Of a DNA stretch of 64,000 bases, positions 62,816 through 64,000 are shown one piece after another (the first letter of the stretch is position 1; each line of letters opens with the position of its first letter). Source of the DNA: Pseudomonadota bacterium (lineage in GTDB: Bacteria; Pseudomonadota; Alphaproteobacteria; Sphingomonadales; Sphingomonadaceae); NCBI GenBank assembly GCA_046765675.1, contig JBKPOR010000004.1, forward strand, positions 7,740-71,739, given 5' to 3'. Under the pieces are notes generated by a model. The model made no database searches. It was not told where the DNA came from and saw only the letters and a list, made by a program, of their open reading frames with translations. Position numbers and translations under genes: made by a program.

Positions 62816-63054
62816 CTGCTTGCTCCGAAACCAACTCCGATCAGCCAAGCTCCGAGCACAAGAGCGAGGACATTAACCGCCATGAGCAGCCAATAAGCGA
62901 CGGGGTGCGTCCTCAGAGCATAACGGTTTGCGCCAAGCTGTTCACCATCACGCGCTACGCCGGTACGGACTTGGCGCCAGGCCCCCGAAAGACCTGCCCA
63001 AACGAAAAAGGCACCAATCGCGAGTGCCCACCAATCAGCGACCATATTCCTCAT
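62812..63054 (-). CDS. Small two-TM hypothetical protein
   Basis: 80 aa with two hydrophobic segments; overlaps both neighbours by 4 nt. Confidence 0.65.
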   Translation of the reverse strand: MRNMVADWWALAIGAFFVWAGLSGAWRQVRTGVARDGEQLGANRYALRTHPVAYWLLMAVNVLALVLGAWLIGVGFGASR

Positions 63055-64000
63055 AGCGGGATATTGTCATGCTTCTTCCACGGATTCTCGAGCTGCTTGT
63101 TTCTGAGCTTGCGTAGCCCCATCGCCACGCGGCGCCGAGTCGAATGCGGCATGATCACTTCGTCGATGAAGCCCTTGCTCGCCGCGACGAACGGGTTGGC
63201 GAAGCGCTCTTCATATTCGCGGGTGTGCTCGGCGATCTCCTTCGCGGTCTTGCCGCGGAAAATGATCTCGACCGCGCCCTTGGCGCCCATCACTGCGATC
63301 TCGGCGGTCGGCCAGGCATAGTTCAAGTCGCCCCGGAGGTGCTTGGAGGCCATGACGTCATAGGCACCGCCATAGGCCTTGCGCGTGATCACGGTGATCT
63401 TGGGCACCGTCGCCTCGGCATAAGCGAACAGCAATTTCGCGCCGTGCTTGATGATCCCGTGATGCTCCTGCCCCACTCCTGGAAGGAAACCGGGCACGTC
63501 GACGAAGGTCAGGATCGGGATGTCGAAGGCATCGCAGAAGCGCACGAAGCGCGCGCCTTTTTTGGCCGAATTGATATCCAGGACGCCGGCCAGCACCATC
63601 GGCTGGTTCGCGACGACGCCGACGGTGCGCCCCTCGATCCGACAGAAGCCCGTGATGATGTTCGCCGCGTGCGCCGGCATCGTCTCGAAAAAGTCGCCCT
63701 CGTCGGCGACCTTCCGAATCAGCTCGTGCATGTCGTAGGGCGTCGCCGCTGACGGCGGGACGAGCGTGTCGAGGCTGTCCTCTTGTCTGTCGACGGGATC
63801 CTCACACGGCCGCTCGGGGAGATCGTGTCGGTTCGACAGCGGCAGGAAATCGACGAACTCGCGAGTCGCGAGCAACGCGTCAATGTCATTCTCAAACGCG
63901 ACGTCGGCGACGCCCGACTTGGTCGTATGGGTGACGGCGCCACCCAGCTCCTCCTGAGTCACCACCTCGTTGGTGACGGTCTTCACCACGTCGGGACCGG
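63051..64000 (-). CDS. pccB: Propionyl-CoA carboxylase beta subunit (5' part outside the window)
   Basis: [41 protein letters not shown]-terminal KKHDNIPL; the frame stays open to the window edge. Confidence 0.95.
   Translation of the reverse strand, partial: GPDVVKTVTNEVVTQEELGGAVTHTTKSGVADVAFENDIDALLATREFVDFLPLSNRHDLPERPCEDPVDRQEDSLDTLVPPSAATPYDMHELIRKVADEGDFFETMPAHAANIITGFCRIEGRTVGVVANQPMVLAGVLDINSAKKGARFVRFCDAFDIPILTFVDVPGFLPGVGQEHHGIIKHGAKLLFAYAEATVPKITVITRKAYGGAYDVMASKHLRGDLNYAWPTAEIAVMGAKGAVEIIFRGKTAKEIAEHTREYEERFANPFVAASKGFIDEVIMPHSTRRRVAMGLRKLRNKQLENPWKKHDNIPL

Overview
This is a high-GC alphaproteobacterial chromosomal segment. The gene content (sciP, serC leader, phaC/phasin, GANTC-associated repeats) suggests a sphingomonad such as Sphingomonas or Sphingomicrobium; the taxon is inferred. 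The window is almost entirely densely packed housekeeping and metabolic genes: serC-serA-purA, fabI, pdxH-CDF-phzF-APC permease, mnmA/sciP, an RND pump, murA, clpS, phasin, gmk, phaC, glpX-recJ, tRNA-Glu, cytochrome bd (cydAB), formaldehyde detoxification (frmA/fghA), phoD, an aminobenzoyl-CoA-like beta-oxidation cluster, and the propionyl-CoA to succinyl-CoA genes pccB-mce-scpA-pccA. I saw no integrase, transposase, prophage, CRISPR array or defence system, and no clearly novel multi-gene system. The most unusual signals are smaller. (1) A palindromic REP/RPE-like element is inserted in frame inside pccA (27 codons), with two intergenic sister copies flanking mce and two other palindromic repeat families nearby. 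(2) An XRE-HTH gene has a helically phased 10-bp repeat array upstream and faces two tiny unannotated ORFs. (3) The phasin has a polycationic N-terminal extension and a second in-frame RBS plus GTG start. (4) The RND permease carries about 100 extra residues with two additional predicted TM helices. (5) The anthranilate-type CoA cluster lacks its oxygenase. All product names come from recognising motifs by eye; no database search was run.
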